Part shown: positions 9,254 through 17,414 of the stretch, in pieces
Numbering within the stretch: the first letter of the stretch is position 1
How the letters are laid out: the number at the start of each line of letters is the position of its first letter
Origin: a virus
IMG/VR virus record: IMGVR_UViG_3300013004_000026
Coordinates: 64,001 to 128,000 of that record
Strand: one strand, 5' to 3'
DNA: 64,000 bases
Position numbers and translations under genes: made by a program
The notes under the pieces: generated by a model
What the model was told of the DNA's origin: nothing
Database searches by the model: none
The model's input: the letters and a program-made list of their open reading frames with translations, nothing else

Positions 9254-10004
9254 TGTCGTTCTCCCGAGTCCATGTGACAATCTCCCAATTGCCATTGTGA
9301 TGCTCCACAAGAGCTGTCATTGATTCCACCCAGTCACCGTCGTTCATGTAAACAATTCCATCTATCTGTTTGATCTCAGCATGATGTATGTGTCCACAGA
9401 TCACACCATCAAAACCGCGCTTTTTGCAATAGGCAGCAAGATTGACCTCAAATTGAAAAATAAAGTCAACGGCTTTTTTTACGCGGTGCTTAAGAAAACC
9501 GCTAAGACTAAAATACCCATAACCAATTCTATGTAAGAACCAATTGAACTTATTATTAACTGATAAGATGAAATCATACGCTTTGTCTCCTAAAAATGAC
9601 AGCCAGGGTGCCAGCCTTGTGATACCATCAAACAAATCACCATGAACCACTAGATAGTGTTTGGTATCTGCTCCGATGTGTTCGCATTGATTGACCACTT
9701 CTACCATGCCAAAACCAATACCATAAGGTATGAGTGGTCTGAGAAATTCATCGTGATTGCCGGCCACATATACCACTCGCGTACCACGCTTGGCATGACC
9801 CAATATGCGGCGAATCACATTGGTATGACTCTGTTTCCACCGCCATTTGTTTTGTTGTATCTTCCAGGCGTCAATGATGTCGCCCACGAGATACAGTGTT
9901 TCACAGGTATTGTGTTTGAGAAAATTGTTTAGTGCCTCGGCCTTGCAGTCCTTGGTGCCAAGATGAACATCTGAAATAAAAATACTGCGATAGGTTTTCT
10001 GCAT
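9183..10004 (-). CDS. metallophosphoesterase, PlcP/LpxH-like (probable phospholipase C)
   Basis: SDVHLG, GDIID, GNHDE, HGDLFD, CGHIHH, NDGDWVES; next to the Agt-like GT4. Confidence 0.85.
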   Translation of the reverse strand: MQKTYRSIFISDVHLGTKDCKAEALNNFLKHNTCETLYLVGDIIDAWKIQQNKWRWKQSHTNVIRRILGHAKRGTRVVYVAGNHDEFLRPLIPYGIGFGMVEVVNQCEHIGADTKHYLVVHGDLFDGITRLAPWLSFLGDKAYDFILSVNNKFNWFLHRIGYGYFSLSGFLKHRVKKAVDFIFQFEVNLAAYCKKRGFDGVICGHIHHAEIKQIDGIVYMNDGDWVESMTALVEHHNGNWEIVTWTRENDNVVVDNTSDTQQRPKRHPRQSTN

Positions 10005-10032
10005 AGTTTTATTTTTATTTAACACTATGCAG

Positions 10033-10050
10033 ATTACAATTCTGTTACAA
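10033..10050 (-). promoter_or_regulatory. Pho-box-like direct repeat
   Basis: TTGTAAC-agaa-TTGTAAT with 11-bp period just upstream of the plcP-like gene. Confidence 0.5.
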
Positions 10051-10052
10051 AA

Positions 10053-10601
10053 TCAAAACTTAAAAGTCAGCCCTGACATGACACCATTGTAGCTCATGTT
10101 GCCTCTGGACTGCTCGTAGGCTACATTAAGATCTGTGGACTTGGTCAACGGCAACACATAACCCACTCGCCAGGTTCTGCTGAGATCTGTGTAGCCAGAC
10201 TCCACTGCGTCACGATAACGCCAGCCCAGTCTTGCTGTGCCTGGGCCTACACGTACACGCACCCCTGGCTCCACACTGTAGTAGTTGAATTGGTTGCCTG
10301 ACGCTGTTTTGCTGCCCAAGGCTGTGCGCAAATAAGGAACAAATGCTGGATCAATGGGTAATGCAAAAGTTGCCCCTGCTTCCAGCCGACTGATGGTGGC
10401 CTTGCTGGAATTGGCCACCAAGGTCTCTGCGTTGGCATCAATGGTTAAGTTTTGTACTCTGTGGCCAATGGTAAAAAGATAGCCATGCATGTTAGGTGCA
10501 CCGTTGACTCCTGTGGCAAATTCTGCGTTGGCACTGGCAAAAGTCTGTGCCTGACACACTGGTGCCAAGGCGGCTAGTAATACCAAAATGTATTTTTTCA
10601 T
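10053..10601 (-). CDS. small outer-membrane beta-barrel protein (paralog 2)
   Basis: Signal peptide; YSVEPG, WRYRDA, C-terminal LTFKF shared with 7467..8024. Confidence 0.85.
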   Translation of the reverse strand: MKKYILVLLAALAPVCQAQTFASANAEFATGVNGAPNMHGYLFTIGHRVQNLTIDANAETLVANSSKATISRLEAGATFALPIDPAFVPYLRTALGSKTASGNQFNYYSVEPGVRVRVGPGTARLGWRYRDAVESGYTDLSRTWRVGYVLPLTKSTDLNVAYEQSRGNMSYNGVMSGLTFKF

Positions 10602-10628
10602 GTTTTCTCCTTGATAAAAATGATTGAA

Positions 10629-10820
10629 CTACAACGACAATTCGTCTACTTCTTTACAGCAATGACAAAATCTCAAAAGAAAATCTGTCAGCATGTGATT
10701 TTCTGGAACCCAAAATCTCGTGCGGTTGAGATGTACTTCATAATTCAAACTGTTAGCACCTAACCAATCCAGCACTGCTCCAAAGTCTGTGTCGCGAGTG
10801 TACACACAGTATTGCTTCAT
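10629..10820 (-). CDS. hypothetical protein
   Basis: ORF track; ATGA overlap with upstream gene. Confidence 0.65.
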   Translation of the reverse strand: MKQYCVYTRDTDFGAVLDWLGANSLNYEVHLNRTRFWVPENHMLTDFLLRFCHCCKEVDELSL

Positions 10821-11461
10821 CGCTTGAGCAAGTCGTTGGTAAAGTCAAGTAACAGCTTGTGGTGCTCGCCATCGTGATACTGTGACCGCATCCAGCTGTG
10901 ATGTTGGTACCAGCTGTCCTCGCTTTCGGGGTGGCATCCAATCAACCCTATACGATTCTGATATATGGCCATGGCATCACCATTGGCATAGGTTGCCACG
11001 GTTTGAAATCTTCTACGGTCGCCTACCAGGGCACATCCGTCATAGAAAAACATCTTGGTAGGTTGACCTTGCCACTTAACAGGGCAGGCCTTGGTGTGTG
11101 GTCGGCGAGTGTCTGTGCGTGGCCGCTTGATATATTGCACAGCATCTACACCTTGCAATATGTTGAAGTAATCTTTGCCAGCCCAGTATGCGCCCATGCA
11201 GATACCCAAGTACCTGCCTCCATTGTCCACAAAACGGCGTATCCTACGACCATGAAATCTCAGTAGATGACGATAATCTTCGGCATCACCTATACCGCCT
11301 GGAAAAGCCACAATGTCCACATCGTCAAAGAAATTGCGTTCAATTTCGTGCTTGGTAAAAATTTTGAACCTGTAGTAATCGGCAAAGATGTTCAGCATGG
11401 AATTTCCGCACTGTACGGAAGCTCTAGGCTGATGTAGGAACAAGGCGATTGTGGGCTTCAT
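10817..11461 (-). CDS. BPL_N / class I glutamine-amidotransferase-like protein
   Basis: FPGG, GGRYLGICMGAY nucleophile elbow, CHPE. Confidence 0.8.
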   Translation of the reverse strand: MKPTIALFLHQPRASVQCGNSMLNIFADYYRFKIFTKHEIERNFFDDVDIVAFPGGIGDAEDYRHLLRFHGRRIRRFVDNGGRYLGICMGAYWAGKDYFNILQGVDAVQYIKRPRTDTRRPHTKACPVKWQGQPTKMFFYDGCALVGDRRRFQTVATYANGDAMAIYQNRIGLIGCHPESEDSWYQHHSWMRSQYHDGEHHKLLLDFTNDLLKR

Positions 11462-11469
11462 GCTGGTAT

Positions 11470-11718
11470 TTATAAAGCCGTGCGTTTCCTGGCCTTAACT
11501 ATCATTCCAACCCAGGTTCCGCAGAATGCGCCCACCAGTGCAGGAGCCAAAAGCCAGTGATTTGAAGTGTAATTGATCACAGCAACACTGGCACCAAAAT
11601 AACAGGCCACGCTCCAAACGCTGGCCATGAACACGCGATTGTCAGCCACACATCTTAGATAGTATGTGTAGACCAGGTCTAGCATGAACACAGCAAAAAA
11701 TGTAAAAATGTAATCCAC
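11470..11718 (-). CDS. small membrane protein
   Basis: Three hydrophobic segments, GAFCGTW. Confidence 0.65.
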   Translation of the reverse strand: MDYIFTFFAVFMLDLVYTYYLRCVADNRVFMASVWSVACYFGASVAVINYTSNHWLLAPALVGAFCGTWVGMIVKARKRTAL

Positions 11719-11734
11719 AGAAGTCTTAGAAAAG

Positions 11735-11754
11735 AATGGGGCCGAAGCCCCATT
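11735..11754 (-). terminator. terminator after tmRNA
   Basis: aatggggc-ttcg-gccccatt followed by a T-rich run on the minus strand. Confidence 0.8.
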
Positions 11755-11755
11755 G

Positions 11756-12170
11756 GTTGTTTGCTTAACAAGGTAAGTCCTACCCCGCTGGTTTCGCTGT
11801 TTAGGCGAAAGCTGCCTCAGTGCGAGCAGACTTGGAACCGCCGAAACGGAAACCTTTGCCTACTGTTACTTTAACACCAGATTGTGTATTTGCTTTTGCA
11901 TTTACTTTTTTGCGTCTTCGGCCGAGTTTCCCCAACCCTACGGTTTCTGCCTTACCGTGCTGTCCACTTATCTACTCTTTGCCCTGTCGAAACCAATGTC
12001 AGGCCCATCAAAAACACACTACTTGTCGCCTACTTGTTCCGCTTCGTCTAGAACTTATCGGACCCTTCGCTGACTGCCCTACAATAGGTGAGCAATGTGT
12101 TTATGGTGGACCTGGCGGGAGTCGAACCCGCGTCCAGAACACTTTTCCTTCTGCTTCATACAGCAATAAC
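11756..12170 (-). ncRNA. ssrA: circularly permuted (two-piece) tmRNA
   Basis: Acceptor piece with T-arm GGTTCGACTCC and CAGGTCCACCA (CCA end at 12104) comes first. Coding piece starts GGGCCTGACATTGGTTTCGAC at 12006. The 7-bp acceptor stem has G3.U70. Tag ORF at 11899-11801. Outer ends approximate. Confidence 0.92.
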
Positions 12171-12329
12171 TTAAATTCTAACTAACACCCACTTGGCTGT
12201 AAATGACTTACCTTCGGCCTTGTGTTTCGCAATCTTGCGGAACTCTTTTTTTTGAAGTTCTGCAATCTTTTTGGCATCGTGGTCGAAGCAAGCCTTGTAC
12301 AGTTCCATTACTAATTTGTTCTGTTTCAT
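12171..12329 (-). CDS. small basic protein (52 aa, MKQNKLVMELYKACFDHDAKK...), absent from track
   Basis: Hand translation; AAGGAGG SD; TAAATA late promoter upstream. Confidence 0.7.
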   Translation of the reverse strand: MKQNKLVMELYKACFDHDAKKIAELQKKEFRKIAKHKAEGKSFTAKWVLVRI

Positions 12330-12349
12330 GGTGTGCCCCTCCTTGACAA

Positions 12350-12550
12350 TTATTTATTGCAGTTTACAGCATACCCTTGTGCAAATGCAACCACTGGATC
12401 TACCTTTTTTAACATCACCGCACCTGATGCAGTTTTGCACACTTGTAACATATCACCTTCTTTGAATCGAATCTTTTCCAGCGGAAGTTCATCATCTAAG
12501 ATGATGTATTGCCCATACTCAATGTCTATTGTGTAGTCAATATGTTTCAT
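12350..12550 (-). CDS. hypothetical protein, possibly AbrB-like
   Basis: MKHIDYTID...FKEGDMLQV; TAAATA-N5-ATG. Confidence 0.6.
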   Translation of the reverse strand: MKHIDYTIDIEYGQYIILDDELPLEKIRFKEGDMLQVCKTASGAVMLKKVDPVVAFAQGYAVNCNK

Positions 12551-12585
12551 GCAAGTATTTACACACTTGTTGATTTTGGTCAAAA

Positions 12586-12611
12586 GAAAGCCCGCATGTA
12601 AGCGGGCTTTC
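12586..12611. terminator. intrinsic terminator
   Basis: gaaagcccgc-atgtaa-gcgggctttc. Confidence 0.8.
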
Positions 12612-12629
12612 AGTTGCGTATGTAAACGC

Positions 12630-12959
12630 TTAGGCAGTAGCTTTGGCCTTGGCAGTAGCAGGGGCCTTGGCAGGAGCCTTGACCTTGACACCAGCAACTT
12701 TGACAGTTGTGGCACCGTTGTACTTCTCGTCGGCTGCATCAATAGCAGCCTTGAAGTCTGGACGCTGGTACAGCGCAGTAGACTTGAGGAAGGTGACCAG
12801 CTCAGGCTTGTCCATGGCTTTAGGAAGCTCCAGAAGCTCAATGTCAGTGTGACCAGTTTTGGCCAGCACTTTGACACGAGTCATGTCGTTGGCAAAGCGA
12901 ACCTTGTAAGAACCTTTGAGCTTGGAAACACCTGCGATAGTAAAAGTTTTGTCAGACAT
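12630..12959 (-). CDS. hypothetical protein with Ala/Lys-rich tail
   Basis: ORF track; AGGAG SD; promoter TTGACA-N17-TACAAT at 13013-13041. Confidence 0.8.
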   Translation of the reverse strand: MSDKTFTIAGVSKLKGSYKVRFANDMTRVKVLAKTGHTDIELLELPKAMDKPELVTFLKSTALYQRPDFKAAIDAADEKYNGATTVKVAGVKVKAPAKAPATAKAKATA

Positions 12960-13068
12960 TAGGATAACTCCTGTTTAGTTTAGTTATATGGTACACCGTG
13001 TACCATACCGTTATTGTAGTTGAAAACGAAATCGCTGTCAACCACATTTTGGACTTTTTTGTCCAAAA

Positions 13069-13191
13069 TCATTTGAGTTGCGCGGCTTCCTGCTTGACCA
13101 CGCCCACACCCTTATCGATCCATTTGGCCACACCGCTGGCACCCACTGTGGCCAGTACAATACCAAAGATCACACCAATTAGGAAATTCAT
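13069..13191 (-). CDS. small membrane protein (MNFLIGVIFGIVL...)
   Basis: AGGAGG SD; one TM segment. Confidence 0.6.
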   Translation of the reverse strand: MNFLIGVIFGIVLATVGASGVAKWIDKGVGVVKQEAAQLK

Positions 13192-13192
13192 A

Positions 13193-13564
13193 TTACACCT
13201 CCTGCTTGTATTCGTTACGGAGCACTTCCAAGCACTGTTCTCGGGTACGCTTGGTGACCACAACCTTGCCATCCATAAAGCCCACAAACAGATTGCGATG
13301 CTCTACGAATTTTACCTCGCCGTCGGCACCTGTGTGACGCTGACGAACTGGTGCTTTGGTAGGCACTGCCTTTTTGGCAGGCACTGTCTTGGTTACAGTT
13401 TTAGCAACCGGCGCAGGCACCCGAAGTGGAGTGTGTGCAATGCCATGCTTCTTGTCGTACTTGGCAATGGTAGCCTCGTCCTTGCCCCAAGTGTCAATCA
13501 GGCGTTTGAGTTGAGAAGAACCCAGCTGGTTCCAGTGTATGATAGGATCGGTCCAATTAACCAT
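13193..13564 (-). CDS. hypothetical early protein
   Basis: ORF track; directly behind the promoter cassette. Confidence 0.75.
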   Translation of the reverse strand: MVNWTDPIIHWNQLGSSQLKRLIDTWGKDEATIAKYDKKHGIAHTPLRVPAPVAKTVTKTVPAKKAVPTKAPVRQRHTGADGEVKFVEHRNLFVGFMDGKVVVTKRTREQCLEVLRNEYKQEV

Positions 13565-13570
13565 TGCAAG

Positions 13571-13630
13571 CTCCTTTTGTTTAACTTAGCCTATAGTATA
13601 GCAAAATGGGAAATTATGGTCAACCGTTTT
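13571..13630 (-). promoter_or_regulatory. repeated early promoter cassette (copy B)
   Basis: Identical to copy A over 39 nt, plus TTGACC/CGGTT. Confidence 0.9.
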
Positions 13631-13875
13631 TAGAAATCTGCTGTCATGTCTTTGGCATGGTTGTAGGTCACAAAAACCTTGCCCGGTGGAACACCAGTGT
13701 CGTTGGTGCCATCGTCATAGTAGCTCACACGGTAGCAGAACTGTCCACCGTTGGTGATGCCCAAAAAACGAGCAGACTCAAAGTTGCGATTTAAGTAACC
13801 ACTGTCTTTGAGAATAGTGGACAAGTGGTCAGGCCCCAACGTAGTGAGTGTAGCGAGCTCTTCTGCTGTGATCAT
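13630..13875 (-). CDS. hypothetical protein
   Basis: AGGAG SD before MITAEEL. Confidence 0.7.
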   Translation of the reverse strand: MITAEELATLTTLGPDHLSTILKDSGYLNRNFESARFLGITNGGQFCYRVSYYDDGTNDTGVPPGKVFVTYNHAKDMTADF

Positions 13876-13876
13876 G

Positions 13877-14161
13877 TTAGTCTCCTGAATCAATTTGATA
13901 GCGGTCGCCGCAGTGTTTGCAAGTGTATTCGGTCAGGCAACGGCCCGCAGTCTCACCAGAGTAAGAATGAGTGCAAGGTTCGCCTGCGTTGTTCAGACGC
14001 ACCTGTCCTGTGGCACGACCAAACATGTACTGGCCGCCGCAGTTGTTGCAACCAAAAGTGTCTGTGGTCTTGTCGTAGCCAGCAATCACGCTTTTGTATT
14101 TGTTGTCGCCAGCTGGCACACGGGTGGATCCGTTGCAAACTGGACAAGTGTTGTTGCTCAT
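13877..14161 (-). CDS. Cys-rich zinc-ribbon protein
   Basis: CPVC, CNNC, CTH, CKHC. Confidence 0.75.
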   Translation of the reverse strand: MSNNTCPVCNGSTRVPAGDNKYKSVIAGYDKTTDTFGCNNCGGQYMFGRATGQVRLNNAGEPCTHSYSGETAGRCLTEYTCKHCGDRYQIDSGD

Positions 14162-14189
14162 TGTTGCCTTTCTTTTACTCTATGCCATT

Positions 14190-14281
14190 ATTATAGCAAA
14201 ATGGAAAATTACGGTCAACCGTTTTTAGGCCACAAAAAACCCCAGCAAATGCTAGGGTTTTTATGTTGTTTTTTTGCAACA
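14190..14281 (-). promoter_or_regulatory. early promoter + hairpin + 18-bp palindrome
   Basis: TTGACC-N17-TATAAT; hairpin aaccccagc-aaat-gctagggtt; TGTTGT-N6-GCAACA at 14264-14281. Confidence 0.8.
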
Positions 14282-14308
14282 TTGCAATTTTTGCAACTTT
14301 AAGCGGAT

Positions 14309-14425
14309 TTATAACAGCATGAGCCAGCCTATTAGCAGTCCAAGGTCAAACGCGGCCACACAAATTCCTGCAAGGCTCAGCACATAGTATAGATCATTTT
14401 CTACAATCTTGTACAGCATGTTCAT
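14309..14425 (-). CDS. 38-aa membrane peptide (MNMLYKIVEND...GWLMLL), absent from track
   Basis: Hand translation; TAAATA-N5-ATG. Confidence 0.45.
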   Translation of the reverse strand: MNMLYKIVENDLYYVLSLAGICVAAFDLGLLIGWLMLL

Positions 14426-14433
14426 GCATGTAT

Positions 14434-15690
14434 TTAAGATTTTTCAAACAACCACAGGTCCTCAAAGTTACCATCGCGCATTTTGTTGGCCTGACGACCA
14501 GTACTGATTGCACTCCACTGCACCTTGTAGTGTTTTACAAACCCAAGATGTTTCTCAGCAACGGCTCGCATGTCTCCGCTGATGTTTACTTCTTGTTTGG
14601 CCTTGTTGCGATAGTTACTGATCACAAACGCAAATCTGCCGCCTGGGCGCAGCACCTGTTTGCAGATCTTCACTGTGGCTTCCCAATAGTTTGTTAACCA
14701 AGTGTCATAGTCTGGATAGTTGGCAAAACTTTGATCTGTACTGGGATAGATTTCAAGATCAAAGTAAGGCGGACTGAACAACACAGCATCCACTTTGTTT
14801 TGATACAATGCCACCATGTCTGTGGCACGACCAAGGTCTTCGCTGGGGCAGCAGTAGAGCTTGACCTTGCGCTCTGGCGTTTCAAACACACTGTTGTTTC
14901 TATACCGTGTCCATTCCTCATGCAGTTTTTTGCCATTGGATACCACTTCTGGAATAACATCTGTGGCCACCAGGTGCGTGAACTTGCTGCCATAAAAGCC
15001 CAACTGATACGCATTCCACCCCATGCAAGGTGCAAACAAGGTGTCGCCTTCAAAAAGGTCATCAATGATGCTACGATAGGTCACAGGATTGAATATACTG
15101 GCACGGTTACAACCTACCATGAAGTCAACCCAGAACTGTGAATAGTTGCTGTTTTCTATGCGACAAATATGATCAAAAAACGCAGGCGCGGCGAGACTGT
15201 TGCGAATCTTGAAGTCTTCAAACATGGACTTCATCAGTCCCAAAGTATACTCAAAGTCATTGGCATATAACTTTCGAGTATTGTAAAACTTGTCAAAGTT
15301 TATGTTCTTGCACACACGGCCATATTTGGCATTGGTCCGGCCTGCAAAGGTGTCGCCTACCAGCACAGATTCCGTGGGTATGTTGAAATAGAAGTCAAGA
15401 TCTTCAGTGAGCGAGGCTGTTTTGTCAAACCATTGACCCAATGCCACTTCTGGCTCCAGTACCAACATTTGATATAATTTGCGCTTGTAGGTATCCAGTC
15501 TTTGCAGCCGATTATCTTTCTTGGCCCACTTGGCCAAAAAACCATCTAGATAATCACGAATGACAAAGTTGCCGGATGTGTCGCTACCATTTAGCACAGC
15601 CAGCTGTTTTGAAAAATCCTCAAAACTGATTGTTTTGTTGAGATTGAATTGTTGTAGAAATTGTTCTTTGGTATACACTAGATTTGTCAT
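14434..15690 (-). CDS. amino (N4-C/N6-A) DNA methyltransferase
   Basis: LFAPCMGW motif I-like, FSPPYFDLEIY motif IV; start re-called at MTNLVY. Confidence 0.85.
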   Translation of the reverse strand: MTNLVYTKEQFLQQFNLNKTISFEDFSKQLAVLNGSDTSGNFVIRDYLDGFLAKWAKKDNRLQRLDTYKRKLYQMLVLEPEVALGQWFDKTASLTEDLDFYFNIPTESVLVGDTFAGRTNAKYGRVCKNINFDKFYNTRKLYANDFEYTLGLMKSMFEDFKIRNSLAAPAFFDHICRIENSNYSQFWVDFMVGCNRASIFNPVTYRSIIDDLFEGDTLFAPCMGWNAYQLGFYGSKFTHLVATDVIPEVVSNGKKLHEEWTRYRNNSVFETPERKVKLYCCPSEDLGRATDMVALYQNKVDAVLFSPPYFDLEIYPSTDQSFANYPDYDTWLTNYWEATVKICKQVLRPGGRFAFVISNYRNKAKQEVNISGDMRAVAEKHLGFVKHYKVQWSAISTGRQANKMRDGNFEDLWLFEKS

Positions 15691-15713
15691 GGTCACGTAT
15701 TTATACAGGACCA

Positions 15714-16286
15714 TTAGTCCTTGATCACTTCGCACCCATTTATGATAGTTGTTGTGATGCCAACAAGATTACCATGCATAACCTTTTCAGGCATGGTGAT
15801 TACATCGCGTTTCATTTTGCTCTGATCTTTTTTACCGCGCTCTAACCATTTATTCTTTTCATTGTTTAGATGATCTTGAATCAGTTTGGTATTAGCAGGA
15901 TTACTAACATCATAGATGCGAACCAGGTCAAGATTGGCTTTGTCTCTGCTGGCAAGAATGTACCTGCTATATTCAAGATCGCCCATGGCATGAAATTGAA
16001 AATCTGCCATAGGATACTCTTTACTGCGCTTCTTTTTTTGAATGCGGCTGCATTTCTGCTCAATCAATACACCTTGCGATTTAGCATCTTCGCCATTGCG
16101 TGAAAAATTGATATTGTAGTCTGCATCGTATTGTTGAACAACCTCGTACACACTGAGTGCGCTCAGTGTGTCATTGTCTAAAATATCAATATTGTGCTTC
16201 TTGTAAGCTTCTTCACGCAAGGCAAAGATCTGGCGCCGATATTCGTCTAAATCTACCAAAGCTTCTTTATCTAAATACAGCGCCAT
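15714..16286 (-). CDS. PD-(D/E)xK endonuclease, PvuII-like
   Basis: KHNIDILDN, RNGEDAK..LIEQK, FQFH, IYDV, NKWLER are collinear with R.PvuII motifs as recalled. Confidence 0.6.
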   Translation of the reverse strand: MALYLDKEALVDLDEYRRQIFALREEAYKKHNIDILDNDTLSALSVYEVVQQYDADYNINFSRNGEDAKSQGVLIEQKCSRIQKKKRSKEYPMADFQFHAMGDLEYSRYILASRDKANLDLVRIYDVSNPANTKLIQDHLNNEKNKWLERGKKDQSKMKRDVITMPEKVMHGNLVGITTTIINGCEVIKD

Positions 16287-16298
16287 GTTTTCTCCTAA

Positions 16299-17375
16299 TT
16301 AGAAAGCATAGTAATTGTACTTGGTTTCTCGCTCGCGTGTCAACACCAGTTGATCCCCGGCGCCATTGACGAATACAAATTTGCCTTCGTTAGGTTCGAC
16401 CTTTTTCAGATCCTGTTGCAAGAATCGCATGGCGTACCACTCGCCGTCGTCATTGTCTGGTTCAGGATCAAATCCATAGTTCCAATGACGCTCAGTAAGT
16501 GGATTGCCTTTCCAGCGATCACTACCATCCAACTGACGCTCAGTCAATGGTTGAGCATGGCCTACAGGCATCACAGTGACTTTGTACAGGCTACCATCGT
16601 CGAACTCAGGTTTGGCGTTCAGCATCTGCATGGCTTCCTGCGCAGTCTCGCCATAACGATTCATTTCTTCAACCAAGGCTTTGAGCATGTCAAAGTTGAA
16701 CTCACTGAACAGGCTACCCACGGTTACCACGCTGTCAATGTTCTTCAGGCTGGCATCTTTGAGATTGTCATAGCAGTACTCGCGAATGAACTCACCAGAT
16801 AGACCTTTGAAGTCTAGCATGTAAAAGATACGACCCGGACGATTACGCATGTGCTGGTTGATACGCCATTTGTCGTTGCAAGTGATCAAGAACAACTTCT
16901 TGCTGGGGAACACACCGTCCAGCAAGGTAAGCATTTCTTCCTGTTCGTCGGAATCATACACCTTTTCAAACTCATCAAACAACACCATGCAAGGCTGGCT
17001 GATATCTTGCAACAGGCTGTTGAAAGCTTCGCCACGCCAGGGTTGATTGATAAGAATGGTAGGAATGCCCTCATCTGCACACTTGAGCGCAAGACTCTTG
17101 GCCAACAGAGTTTTGCCACTGCCCTTTTCGCCTGTGAGCATTACTCCAGTGGAGGCGGTGCGATCAATAAAAGTATTAAAAATACGATCACGATTACGAT
17201 CATTGTCGCCATACTTTTTACCTTTGATTTCAAACGAATCCACAGTTTCAAGAAAGAAGTTGCCAAATTGGTCCTGTTTCACAATGTAGTTGCCAACAGG
17301 CAGGCGTTCTTGAATGTCCAAAGAATCTTTATCGGCTACCTTGAAGGTGTTGCCGCTTTTAATAAAATAGCTCAT
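16299..17375 (-). CDS. AAA+ ATPase
   Basis: GEKGSGKT Walker A, VLFDEFEK Walker B, NRPGR. Confidence 0.9.
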   Translation of the reverse strand: MSYFIKSGNTFKVADKDSLDIQERLPVGNYIVKQDQFGNFFLETVDSFEIKGKKYGDNDRNRDRIFNTFIDRTASTGVMLTGEKGSGKTLLAKSLALKCADEGIPTILINQPWRGEAFNSLLQDISQPCMVLFDEFEKVYDSDEQEEMLTLLDGVFPSKKLFLITCNDKWRINQHMRNRPGRIFYMLDFKGLSGEFIREYCYDNLKDASLKNIDSVVTVGSLFSEFNFDMLKALVEEMNRYGETAQEAMQMLNAKPEFDDGSLYKVTVMPVGHAQPLTERQLDGSDRWKGNPLTERHWNYGFDPEPDNDDGEWYAMRFLQQDLKKVEPNEGKFVFVNGAGDQLVLTRERETKYNYYAF

Positions 17376-17414
17376 TTTGTACTTCCAAAAAGTGGGGCTC
17401 AGCCCCAGGTTTGA

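Noticed and set aside
12030-12085. Hammerhead-like string in the tmRNA intervening segment (GUC...CCGAUAAG-uucuaga-CGAAG)
   Set aside because: The core deviates from CUGAnGA/GAAA (no C3-G8 pair) and stems I and III do not pair convincingly.
12104-12136. Apparent tRNA 3' half
   Set aside because: No D-arm or anticodon arm upstream; it pairs with GGGCCTG at 12006, so it is the tmRNA acceptor piece.
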